Shown here: piece after piece, positions 49,301 through 59,943 of the stretch
How the letters are laid out: the number at the start of each line of letters is the position of its first letter
How positions within the stretch are numbered: position 1 is the first letter of the stretch
The notes under the pieces: model-generated
What the model saw: the letters and a program-made list of their open reading frames with translations, nothing else
The model's database searches: none
Told to the model about the DNA's origin: nothing
Origin: Wallemia ichthyophaga EXF-994
Taxonomy: Eukaryota; Fungi; Basidiomycota
Length of the DNA stretch: 62,000 nucleotides
NCBI RefSeq assembly: GCF_000400465.1
Contig: NW_008806274.1
Location: forward strand, 90,244 to 152,243
Reading direction: 5' to 3'
Position numbers and translations under genes: made by a program

Positions 49301-52300
49301 AACATTTGAGCAAGGGGGCTTGGCTCGCTAGTCTTCTCTTGCGTTGGCGCGCTTGACAGCGCAGGTTTTGGTGCCTCAGAATCAGGGTTCTTGAATGCAG
49401 TTGCGCATACCGTGCACTTATCAGCATCTTTGGACGACTTTAATGAGCAACTTGAACATATTTGCTGATCGTTGGACTGTGTACGTGCTGTAGCGAAGAT
49501 GCTTGGCATTTCTTGCTTGTCTTCTTTTTCGTTCTTGCTACTCTCATCTTGCTGATTTTGCTTTGCTTTAGCTTCATCCTCAGCGTCTGCCTTACGCTTG
49601 TCTTCTTCCTCAGCCTTTTTACTGGTTTCCTCTCCCTCTTTCTTTTGAGCAGCGGCGGCCGCGGCGGTAGCAGTCTCCTCTTCTTTCTTTCTCTCGTTTT
49701 CCGCTTCAACAGCCTTCTTGCAATTTTCTTCTTCCTCTCCTTTTTTAACTTTCTCCTCTTTCTCCTTCTCTTCCTTTTTTTCCCTTTCTTGTTGTTGCTT
49801 TTGAGCTTTTTCTTTTTCAGCATTAGCAGCAGCTTCCTGCTCAGCTTTGGCAATCTGTAGCTTTTCGCGCTCTTCCTCGCCTCTGTCTTTCTCCTTGACA
49901 TAAGCGAACGTGTCATCAACGTTATCACCCTCTTCCGATTCAGCTTCTTCGTGTGTCTTGGCATTACCCTCCTTCAAGCAGCCAACATCGAGTTGGGTAC
50001 CGCTACCAAAATCAGCGAGAAGATCATCAACCTGACCATCTTTCTTCTTATCTTTCTGAGACATCTCAGCAGACGTATTGCGCAAACCGAACGTATTAGA
50101 AGCACCTCCGAAACCGAACCCTGCACCTGCACCTGCACCTGTATCGTTAGATGGCTTGGTTGGTGAGCTTCCACTGATTGCTTTGAGGCGAGTTAGATTA
50201 CATCTCTAAAGTCTATGTACCACTCACAGAATGCATTGCTCGTCGGCTGCAATGGAGTTTTACTTTCACTTCCGCTTTCTCCTCTCTCTCTCTTCACGTC
50301 AGCCTTAGGTGTAGTGCTGCCGAAAGCACTCTGACCAAATGCACTTGGCTTTCCGAATGCACTCGATTCAGTCTTACTCTTGACATTGTCTGAGAACGCA
50401 CCAAATGCACTGCCTCCCTCTTTCTTCTCACCGAACAAACTCGGTTTAGCTGCAAATGCACCAAAGCCTCCCCCGCCACTGGGCGTTGTAGCCGGTGAGC
50501 TCTCACTGCCACCTTGGTCCTCTTTTTTAGGCGTACCGAATGCCGATGACTGTCCAAACGCAGATGAAGATGGCGGCTTGGATGCGAAAGCGCCAAAGCC
50601 GCCACCACTAGATGGTGCAGTTGCAGATGCTAAAGCAGAAGTAGATGAGCCCTCCTTCTCCTTCCTGGGTGTACCGAATGCTGATGTCTGACCGAATGCC
50701 GAGGGTTGTCCAAAAGCAGTAGATGTTGACGGCTGAGATGCGAACGCACCAAATGCTCCACCGCTAGTTGGTGTGCTGGTTTGGGGGCTTTCTTTATCTG
50801 GCTTTGGTGCACCGAATGCTGAGGTCTGGCCAAATGCCGAAGTCTGACCGAATGCACTGGGCTGGCCAAACGTACTAGCAGATCCACCGAATGCACCAGG
50901 TTTGGCAGAGAAAGCCCCAAATCCGCCACTAGCAACACTTGATTCGGCTGGTTTGTCATCCTTATTTGCAGATCCAAAGGCAGTAGGTTTGTTTGAAAAT
51001 GCACCAAATCCACCTCCGCTTTGACTGAAGCCACTTGGCTGACCGAAAGCACTAGGTGTGCTTTGTCCAAACGTGCTGTTTTGTCCAAATGCACTGCCTG
51101 TTGTTGGTGCAGTCGAAGGACTCGACGAGAAGGCATTCGCAGGAGCCGGAGCCGGAGCCGGAGCTGGATTTGAAAAGGCAGATGGTTTTTGCTGCGGCTC
51201 ACTCTGCATAGGTGCAGCTTCAATCGATTCTTCTTGCGGATCATTGGGCCATCCTTTCAGATACTGATATGGTCCATACGAGTTTATTAACCACCACGCA
51301 AACAGTTTACCTTCAGAGTTGAGCGTCCATAGAGCAGGAGCAGGAGGGCCATCAGGTGTGTCTGCAGCAGAGCCAGGCTCTGGTTTTAATGGATCTTTCG
51401 CACCCAAGTCAAGCTCCAGCCCGACTGGATATGTCTCTTCTTGCTCCTCCGACATTGGCAGTGCTGGTCTAGCAGTTTCTGGAAGAGCGGCAGCGGCAGC
51501 AGCTATCTCATCGTCTCCAAACACTTCTTTGGCGTGTGGGGAGGACGTGTCTGGTGTGACTATACAGCCTATATCCGAAGAAGGACCTGATGCAGCAAAT
51601 AGTATGTTCCTGAATGGCGACCAATCCCTCAACCAGCTGAAATAGCGGTATGGGAGACGCGACATAACGCCGAAAGGCGGTGCTGGATCAATAGCTTCGA
51701 TGTAGTTGCCATTGTGGATGAAACATGTCTTGTCTTCGAGCGTGTAAGCATCCTGATCGCTATCTCGGCCCTCACTGGAAGCCTCTTTACTGAGTGAAAA
51801 TGTGATAAGGAAGAGATTGTTCTCGAGCCATTTGAGTGAGTTTGGTACGTGATTGGGGGTGAGCTCGAATGAAGAAGGGGGAGGAGGTATCGACATTTTG
51901 ACTTGATTGGAGGTAGTTACTGTGATGATTTCGTTTGTATTTAACGCTAAAGCTAGTTGCTTCCCTTTGGCTGACCAGCTTGCAGCAAAAGTGGTTTTGT
52001 TGAGGCATTGCGTGTTTTTTGACATTTCATCGTGCAAGTAAATGCAGCCGTCAGCTGTGAGAATGGTAATATATTGTCCTACTGGATTTGGGAGTATTGA
52101 GGTTGGATGAGAAGGCAAGTCGATGGAGTTGGTGAGTGTGGCATCGACGTACAAGTGCAACGACTTATCGCTGGCGACTATGAGTTGATTGGAGTGGTAC
52201 TTGATGTGCTGAGATTGCGTGTTGATCGTGTGTATCGGTGCTTGTGGTGAGAGAAGCTGATGAGACTGAGATTGCGACAGTTGAGAGCGCAGGCCGGATA

Positions 52301-52520
52301 AGGAATAAACGTGGACGCCGCTGTTTGTGGCCACAGCCAGCCTATCCAGCTCGTTGCTCAACGTGAAGAGATTCGCTGCGTCGTTGATCTTCTCTCCAAG
52401 GGTGTAAGAGATGTAAGATGAATTTGAGAATGGACGCGTAGTCAAGCACTGCGTGGGTAATTAGATAACGTATCTCTGGGGTAATTACAGTATTCTCACT
52501 TCAATCTCTATTTCGTCCAT
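46314..52520 (-). CDS. NUP159: Cytoplasmic-filament FG nucleoporin Nup159/Nup214-like (about 1,900+ aa, multi-exon)
   Basis: N-terminal beta-propeller-like region, SAFG/GFG repeat arrays, two C-x2-C-x10-C-x2-C fingers, an acidic linker and a C-terminal coiled coil. ORFs 50193, 48472, 47885, 47443, 47185 and 46314 join via GT-AG introns. Confidence 0.85.
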
Positions 52521-52667
52521 CGTTGTCAGTGATCAACAAGCCATTTGTGATTTAGCGCTGAGCAGATAAACGAATTCTACAGCGCGTGGTGATTGATCTG
52601 GTTGGTATTCAAAAATTAATCAAACCCCAATTTGCTTTGATTTGTTTGCTTGATTTCTCACTATCTC

Positions 52668-53234
52668 ATGTTCAAACACATTGATTCAGCGTGTACAGCT
52701 GTAAGTTTATCAGAGTTTGAGCATCTCGCTAGCAGAACTCCTGGTAGCTTTTCTGATCTTCCAACGGTGCTCAGGCTCCGCGTAGATGAATGCTCTTTAA
52801 GTGGTGATTCAGAGCTAGATAACAACCTCAAATACACCGTTTTTATCACTGATAAAGAGCTCGTTGTCTTCTCGCAGTCAGTCTCTACGGGCATCAGCTT
52901 GGATTACCCTTCTATCATGCTTCACGCCGTCAGCGCATCAACTAACTCTATCTTCCTGCAAATTGACGAACGTACAGAAAACATAGACGACTTTGAGAGT
53001 AAGGATATTCACATACATCCTCAGAACCCTTCAATTCTTCATGAAATATACGAAAAACTCAGTTTCTGCGCTAGTTTGCACCAGAACAAGTTTCCATCTG
53101 AGGAGGACGATGACGGCGATGCTATGATAGACGATGGCGTTGGGCTCTCAGACCAGGGCGCTGCCAATTTGGCCAGATTCGACGATATGCTAGACAACCA
53201 AGACAAACACACTGACAAAAAGCAGAAGCAATAA
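52668..53234 (+). CDS. CLNS1A: pICln/Voldacs-domain protein (Sm assembly chaperone-like)
   Basis: Motifs TPGSFSDLPTVL, GISLDYPSIMLHAVS and YEKLSFCASLH, plus an acidic tail. Confidence 0.8.
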   Translation: MFKHIDSACTAVSLSEFEHLASRTPGSFSDLPTVLRLRVDECSLSGDSELDNNLKYTVFITDKELVVFSQSVSTGISLDYPSIMLHAVSASTNSIFLQIDERTENIDDFESKDIHIHPQNPSILHEIYEKLSFCASLHQNKFPSEEDDDGDAMIDDGVGLSDQGAANLARFDDMLDNQDKHTDKKQKQ

Positions 53235-53235
53235 G

Positions 53236-53930
53236 TTAATTGTCCATGACTGTAACTCTAATACAATCTAAATATCCATTGTTATCGGGTGTTACGCGTT
53301 TTGCCAGCCAATGTTCAAGCCATCGACCAAATGCCTCTCCTCTGCTATCTGCACCCCACATCTGCTGTGTGTGGATGGAAACGCCGCCAAAGGAGTTACC
53401 CATGTACACGTCAGTGAGTAATCTATCTCCTACAAATGCAACATTCTTCAAATCACCAAACTTATTCTCCAACGGGGCTCTGAGCTTTGAAGATGGCTTA
53501 GGATGATTGTGCTCGACGACATGGACTCCTGTATTCCGCGACAAAACCTTTGCCTATAATTTTTTAGCGCTGAGAGGAACTAACAAGCCAATCGCACCTG
53601 AATAAGTCCGGGATCTTTGCCTGTGCCGGCTGAGTTAGACAAAATGACGCAGCCATCACTCCCAAAGGCTTCCTTGCACTCAATCCAGCTATTTTGCAGC
53701 TCAGAAACGACGTAATCCTGCCTCGGAAGCGTCAAGCAGTTGTCCCTGTCAATTACGATGCCAGTGATACCTTTACGTTTCAGTGCACTGAAGTCGATCG
53801 AGCGGATGTCTGGGGGTGATGAGCGGGGGGATCAATGAGCAAAATACCTACCCTTCACGCTCATTGAAGGTTTTAGCAGCTTGGGATTGAACGCTGAACG
53901 CAATGTAGCTGCTATCGCTGCAACACTCAT
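53236..53930 (-). CDS. GEP4: Mitochondrial phosphatidylglycerophosphate phosphatase (HAD family)
   Basis: Spliced reading MSVAAIAATLRSAFNPKLLKP..KDIRSIDF..IDRDNCLT..ILSNSAG..VGDRLLTDVYMGN. Two introns. Confidence 0.92.
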
Positions 53931-53931
53931 C

Positions 53932-54659
53932 ATGGAACAACTTCAACAGTCGCTGGAAACTACAGGCTCTATATCGCTCCCACAGAAAGTCGCTCTGCTA
54001 TCCCACCTCAAGGCTTTAAACAGAGACAGCTCTTCTGTTATACGCCAATCTAAGCAGGCTGCTGCACATCAGGCTCAATTATCAGACGGTGTACACGCTC
54101 AAGTGCAGAATCTATTATACGAAAGGAGGCATTTAGAGCAGGAAATTGAAAGGTGCAGGAATTTCGAGACTAGCTTCGATAAAGTACCTTTGGTTTCACT
54201 TGACGAGTATCGCAAGTTGAATGGGGGCAAGGAGGAAGACGAGCACGTTTTAATGCTCAATAGACTGAAATTCGAGCTGAGAACTCGCCAGGAACTCAAC
54301 GATCACCGCAATCAGCTGCAAGAAGTGCGATCGTCAATCAACAGCGAGAACAATCAGACGAAAAACAGTTTGGAGGATCTTGACAGCGATTTGGATAAGT
54401 TTGTCGATGTGGGTGGGAGTATTCATGCGTTTACAATTGCTGAGATGCTCTATAGTTTGCAAAGGGTATCCAATCCAAGCTTAACAAGCTCGATAAGGTT
54501 TGGGACAAGGAGAGTGAGGAGGAAAGTGAGGAGAGGAAAGAGTCCAAGAATGAACTCAAGGACGATAATGACATTGAGATTGATCAAGCTAACGAGGCTG
54601 ATAATCACAGACCTCAAGATACCAACTCCGGTGAAGATCAACGTATGGATACTAATTGA
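53932..54659 (+). CDS. THOC5: THO complex subunit 5 (short, coiled-coil-only form)
   Basis: Motifs QVQNLLYERRHLEQEIERC, VPLVSLDEY and HVLMLNRLKFELRTR. One intron, then an acidic tail to TGA at 54657-54659. Confidence 0.85.
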
Positions 54660-54669
54660 CCTTGATAAC

Positions 54670-55131
54670 TTATTTACTATCACTACTATGCATATACTGT
54701 TCAACTGCACCTTCCAGTTCACTCACTGCCTCGCTTCTCTCTTGGCTCAATTCATCAGCTCTTCTTGAGGAGACGTTGAGGCGATGGTGATCATCACCGA
54801 GCAAATTGATCATTTTAAGCGCGTGCGTTATATCCAGTAAGCTATTGGCAGAGCGAATCATAGATTCTGATCTGCAGCTGATCTGGAATGCCTCCTTGCT
54901 GATCTTGTAGTTGTCCTTCTGGTTAATTTCCGCGAGGCCTATAATCTCCGACAGTCCATCGCTCAGCTGCCCAACTTCACCATCGACCTTGTTGTTCAAG
55001 CTCTCCTCGAACGCCTCCAAGTATTCCTCCGGAGAACGATCGTCGATTTCTGCTGATTTTGTCGATGAGTTGTTGTTGATAAGCGAGGAGCTCAACGATT
55101 GATATTTCTTAGCGTCTGATTTAACTTCCAT
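54670..55131 (-). CDS. MED22: Mediator subunit 22 (Srb6/SURF5)
   Basis: Motif FQISCRSESMIRSANSLLDITHALKMINLLGD. Confidence 0.82.
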   Translation of the reverse strand: MEVKSDAKKYQSLSSSLINNNSSTKSAEIDDRSPEEYLEAFEESLNNKVDGEVGQLSDGLSEIIGLAEINQKDNYKISKEAFQISCRSESMIRSANSLLDITHALKMINLLGDDHHRLNVSSRRADELSQERSEAVSELEGAVEQYMHSSDSK

Positions 55132-55144
55132 TGGGAGATGGGTG

Positions 55145-56661
55145 ATGGGAGTTGACCAGGCGAGCTATCCAACGTCGATGATCCAACGCGGGTGGATTTG
55201 CAGAGAAGGTATTCTCAGGCAGCTCAATGCAAGCAGCATCAGAAGCATATCCAGGCGCAGTATTTCTACATCCCCAGCACCAAAGGAGGAGCCAACGGCA
55301 TCCCCAGCCACCTCCTCAGCTACATCTCTAAAAAGAATCATTGCAGACTCCATCAAAGCAACAGGCCCTATTCCAGTAGCCAGGTATATGTCAGCCTGCA
55401 CTTATCATCCTACTGAGGGTTATTACAGCCGTAAAGACAAAGATCCAATCAGCAAGCACGGCGACTTTATTACTTCCCCTGAAATATCTCAAATATTCGG
55501 AGAGTTAATTGCCGTTTGGTTTCTCCATCAGTGGCATGCTCTGAGACATGACTTATCACACACGTCGAATAACCCTCCAAAGAAAGTCAGATTCGTTGAG
55601 CTCGGACCCGGAAATGGTACTCTGATGGCTGATGTTCTGCGTACCTGGCAATCCTTCCCCACCGCTTGGGAGAACTTGGAAAGTGTGCAGCTAGTCGAGA
55701 CATCGCCAGCCTTAAGAGATACTCAGAAAGCTGCTTTGGAGGGATTTGGGAAGGGTTTAAAATTTCATGATAGAGTCCAGCACATTGACAAAGGTTAGCT
55801 TTCATTAAATCAGCCAAGGCGACATCTTTCCGATCTGACACTAAAGCTAAGATGAGAGCACGTTCACTTTTGTGCTCGCGCATGAATTCTTCGATGCCCT
55901 CCCGGTACATCTTTTCCAAGTGAGTCTTAATTTGACTTCTTGCGTAAAGCTCAAACTGTGTCCAGAAAACAGATGCAGGATTCAGAGAAGTTCTGGTAGA
56001 TCTCATTAATCCACGCATACGCTCAGAAGAGAGCGAGCAGGAAGTTACAAACGAGAATAATAAATGGCTAGACGGAGATGCTGGCTTCAAGTATATAGTC
56101 AGCAAGCAACAGTCAGCCATGAGCTCATTGATACCGATGGTTGCACCCCACATATTTTCAGGCGAGGGCAAGGAGGAAGAAGGGCAGCGAGTCGAGCTCG
56201 GCATAGAAAGCTACCATATTGGCAACTCTATAGGCCAACTTTTGCGTAAAACATCCGAAAATGCGGCAGGCGGCTGTGCTCTTTTTGTCGACTACGGTAA
56301 GGATGGATGGACGGGTGACACATTGCGAGGATTCAAGAATCATCAGCAAGTAGATGTATTGAGTGCGCCCGGAGAATGCGATATTACATCTGATGTTGAC
56401 TTTGGAGTTTTGAGGGAAGCGCTCGCTCACAATGATACTGACACGATTGGTTCTGAGGTTATCACTCAGCGGGACTTCCTCGTCAAGATGGGTGTGGCGG
56501 CAAGGTTGGATACCTTACTTAATAGCGCACAGTCTAATGAGACTAAATTATCCATCGCTAGTTCTGCGAAACGGTTGCTCGATGTGCGCGGTATGGGCAG
56601 CCAGTACAAGTTCATGGCTGCATTCAACACGAGTCACCACAATCGCTATCCTTTTATCTAG
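55145..56661 (+). CDS. NDUFAF7: Mitochondrial SAM-dependent arginine methyltransferase NDUFAF7/MidA
   Basis: Motifs GDFITSPEISQIFGE, VELGPGNGTLM, AHEFFDALP, DYG and DITSDVDF. Alternative start at 55178. Confidence 0.95.
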
Positions 56662-57416
56662 CTTATCTTGGTGCATCAGAGTAAATTATAAATAGATAAT
56701 TATTTCTTCTTGGAAATTTACCAGGTGCTGTTCAGCGCCTATAAGTGCATCTGTGACTTTGTGAGAAGATTCTTTCTTGTATATTGCGCATACTCGCTGC
56801 ATGTCTTGTCGGGGAACGGCGTCCAGGCTGCACAGAGTGGGCACTGCCACTCGTAGTGCTGTGTTAGCGCAAGTTAGTGACATGTTCACACTACTACAGA
56901 TCACACTAACGTATACCTCACCCTCGTCGTCGCTGCTACTGCGAAATACCAAACAGTGATAGCAAATCATATTCTGGGCTTCTCAAGCTGTTGAAAAATT
57001 GACAAAACCACTCAAAACGTAGAGCAGAATGAGGAGATTAATTAATGTTTAAGATGCGGGATAACGTGGAATTTGCTTCACGTAACTGGGGTCATAGCTG
57101 GCTTTCTGTTCCTGCATTCAAATTCGGCTCGGTGGAGAATGCGGATGAGATGTGAGATTTGGGCTGCGCGGGATGCTCTGGGGCCTTTATGTCGGGCTTA
57201 TACAATATCTCATCTCACCGAGCTCTGTGAACGCATAGCGCCAAGTATCCACAGCTCTCGCATAAGTTAAGTTCCGCATTAATACGATTGCCCGAATACT
57301 GGTAGGCTCAGACTGCACGTGGCACTTTCTCAGCTTCTGATCATCCTTTCACCCACGCGATCACTATATCTCGGTGTGGTGATAAAAATCGGACCAATTG
57401 CGTCAGGCTTTACGAG

Positions 57417-58290
57417 CAGCTATGCGAGCTACCACAGGATGTATTAATCAGAATCGTCGATTTTGTCCCATCTCTCGCAGCAGTCAATAGATATTTCTAC
57501 GCTCTCGGCTCGCCGGCGTTACTCAGGTGCATTGCAGACCCCAACGGCATAACTAAGGAGAAGATAGGACTGTTCAATCCATTATGTTACAAGAGGCGTA
57601 AAGATCATTGCGCTTATCTTTCAGAAATAGCGAATGACGACAGGCGCATGCAAGTGAAGTGGGCAGTGCGATTGGTATCAATACAACCCAACTGACCGCT
57701 AGATTAGATCACTTGCAATCAGCATCGCCAACGATATCGTCACATCAGATCTAACGGCTGCGATGAGGAGATTGAGCAACGTAAAGTGTCCGACTATAAC
57801 AGGCTTCGTGAACGCCCCACTTGAGAAGCTACTGAGTGAGGTGTCCATGAGTAACGTAACTGATCTAACGCTCAACTTGTGGACATTCGACGAGTTGGAT
57901 GAGTGCATAGCGAAAAATGTGCTACAAGTTAATATGCCGTCGTTGCAGCACTTGCAACTGCATGCTCAGTGTATATTCACCAAGACAGCATCTAATTCCC
58001 TGATATACCCACAACTTAACGCCGTCGTCTCAAACCTAAGAGACTATTTGATCACGGCAATTTTACCCTGCTTCGACACGCTCATCGTGCGAGGTCTCAT
58101 ATTTACGCCACATCTCAAAGCCTGCTTCCCTCAGCTGAGAGGATCGGAATTTTACAGAGCGCGTGTCTTCAAAGGCCGGGAAAATGATCTGGTGGAGGTG
58201 GAGGTGTATGAAAAACTTACTGCGTTAGGCTCTGCGTATGGCGTTACATCAACACAGAAAAGCATCAGTGACATGCTGGTTGTCTGTTGA
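57417..58290 (+). CDS. F-box protein with LRR-like C-terminal region (5' end unresolved)
   Basis: F-box-like QLCELPQDVLIRIVDFVPSLAAVNRYFYAL, spliced to KSLAISIA...LSNVK and ORF 57763-58290. Confidence 0.6.
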
Positions 58291-58890
58291 CATTGACAGT
58301 ACACTAATATCCAACTAAATTTAGCTGCTGTCAATTATCACTTGATACATGCGATTCAAATGAAAGCCCATTTGTCTTGCTCGTTTAAGCTCGGCCTTCG
58401 GCATCTATTGCAAGACCCTGCCCGGTTTTTTGCATCTTAAGGTACAACTGGGTAACTCACACATATGGCATGCTGTGAATAGAGTTGGTCATGGGTTTCT
58501 AGATGTATGTTCTAAAAGCAAGGTCTAGTGCTTGAGCTCGCTTGAGCACCCGGCTAGAGAAATTAGTGACGTAAGTGAGGCCCGTGTGCATGCAAGATGG
58601 AGTTGGCAATACAGGAAGAATATGGAGGAGTGAAAGTGTATATAGTGCTGATATAGTGTCGTCGGAAGCAATATTGCTGTGCTGTGTGTGAAGAGAGTGA
58701 GACAGGACGCGTGTACACCCATCGAAGCGGCAGCTGTGGTATTAGTAGCAAGCCCCAAGACAAAATCCTGGAATCCTACAAACAATGTCAATCTATTTTA
58801 TTTTCGCGTACCTGTCGTCGGTCTTTTATGTGCTCGATCGATTGACCAATTCTATTGAGAAGCGCGACGGCATCGAGGATACCATCACCT

Positions 58891-59220
58891 ATGGTGAGGG
58901 GATTATGATATTTCGCGCACACACTTACAGTATATAGACATACGAATGCGAGATCTGCCAGGGCAAGTTTAGCAGGCCTGAGAACTTGTTGCGGCACAAG
59001 AGAAACTCACACAGGTCGGGCGACTTGCATCCATACCTGTGTTCGTGTGGGAGGAGCTATACACGCTCAGATATCCTCCTCAGACATCAGCGCGGTTGCG
59101 AAGTACACAACAACCAACCAGTGGGGTACAAGAAGCGTGGCAGGAAGCGTAAGGCTATTCAACAGCCAGTTTCATCAAGTGATCCCTCCTATTTAGCCGG
59201 GGTAGCGGCGTCAGCCTCGC

Positions 59221-59251
<31 letters not shown>

Positions 59252-59729
59252 GCAGCTACAGCAACAGCATCAACAACAACAACAACAGCTTCTTGCATCT
59301 GCTTATAACCAGCCACACCTTTTCAACACCGAAAATTGGCCTCCCGCCACTTCTATAGATAACGAGCCCGAATTACAATCGCACAGATACTGGCCCTATA
59401 CACTGTACCCAAATACAAGTACACCGCCGCCTGATTTCGAAGCATCGAATTTGCCACTCATTGGCAATACATACAACAATACACACATACCACAGCATGC
59501 GCCACAGCAAACACTACCACCACTAGCATCATGGAATACCTCAGTAAATCAAAGTCATATGGCCAGTTTGCACAATCAACAGCTTCAACAGACTACTCAG
59601 CAAGACAATTATTCTGGCTGGATGTGAGTAGCTGCTTGTATAGCTGCCAGGTCTGACCTGACAAAGTAAAACCCTCACAGAGACACATTAACATGCTCAC
59701 ACTTACAACAGCAGCAACATATCTACTAA
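58891..59729 (+). CDS. C2H2 zinc-finger transcription factor with polyQ tract
   Basis: ATG, intron 58894-58937, then TYECEICQGKFSRPENLLRHKRNSH (C2H2) and YLCSCGRSYTRSDILLRHQRGC (C2HC). NLS KKRGRKRK. Final exon ends at TAA 59727-59729. Confidence 0.85.
59220..59288 (+). repeat. (CAA)n/CAG polyglutamine tract
   Basis: CAA x10, then CAG CAG CTA CAG CAA CAG CAT, CAA x5 and CAG. Confidence 0.95.
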
Positions 59730-59943
59730 TACTTGCATTTTATGATTCGAAACAAATCACAGACATTCTCAAACACTTGCTTGTCTCATACTTTGACATA
59801 TTCACTCTTCTTATCAAGCTGGACTTTCGATTAGCCTTTAGTATATTATCATTTTATTATCACATTCCCAAGAAGGACAATTTCACTAACTTTTTCCCCG
59901 GTTATCTCTATATCACTGAAATGAATGCATTTAATTTAGCTTT

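Noticed and set aside
50300-51200. Short direct DNA repeats (accgaatgc.../ggagcc x3/tgcacc x3)
   Set aside because: Explained by nucleoporin FG, AP and GA peptide repeats. They are not CRISPR or a mobile element.
53932-54659. THOC5 lacking the metazoan C-terminal RWD domains
   Set aside because: Short coiled-coil-only Thoc5 forms appear usual in fungi, so this is not distinctive.
26853-56661. NDUFS2 and its arginine methyltransferase NDUFAF7 in the same window (likewise ERG24/ERG28 and MED19/MED22)
   Set aside because: They are separated by 9-33 kb of unrelated genes. Such co-occurrence is expected by chance in a gene-dense genome and gives no evidence of a functional cluster.
57305-57360. 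Minus-strand GAAAGTGCCACGTGCA resembling the GARAR/P8 region of RNase MRP RNA
   Set aside because: The P4-forming GAAAGUCCCC and GGGGCUYA elements are absent at the required positions, so this is probably a chance match.
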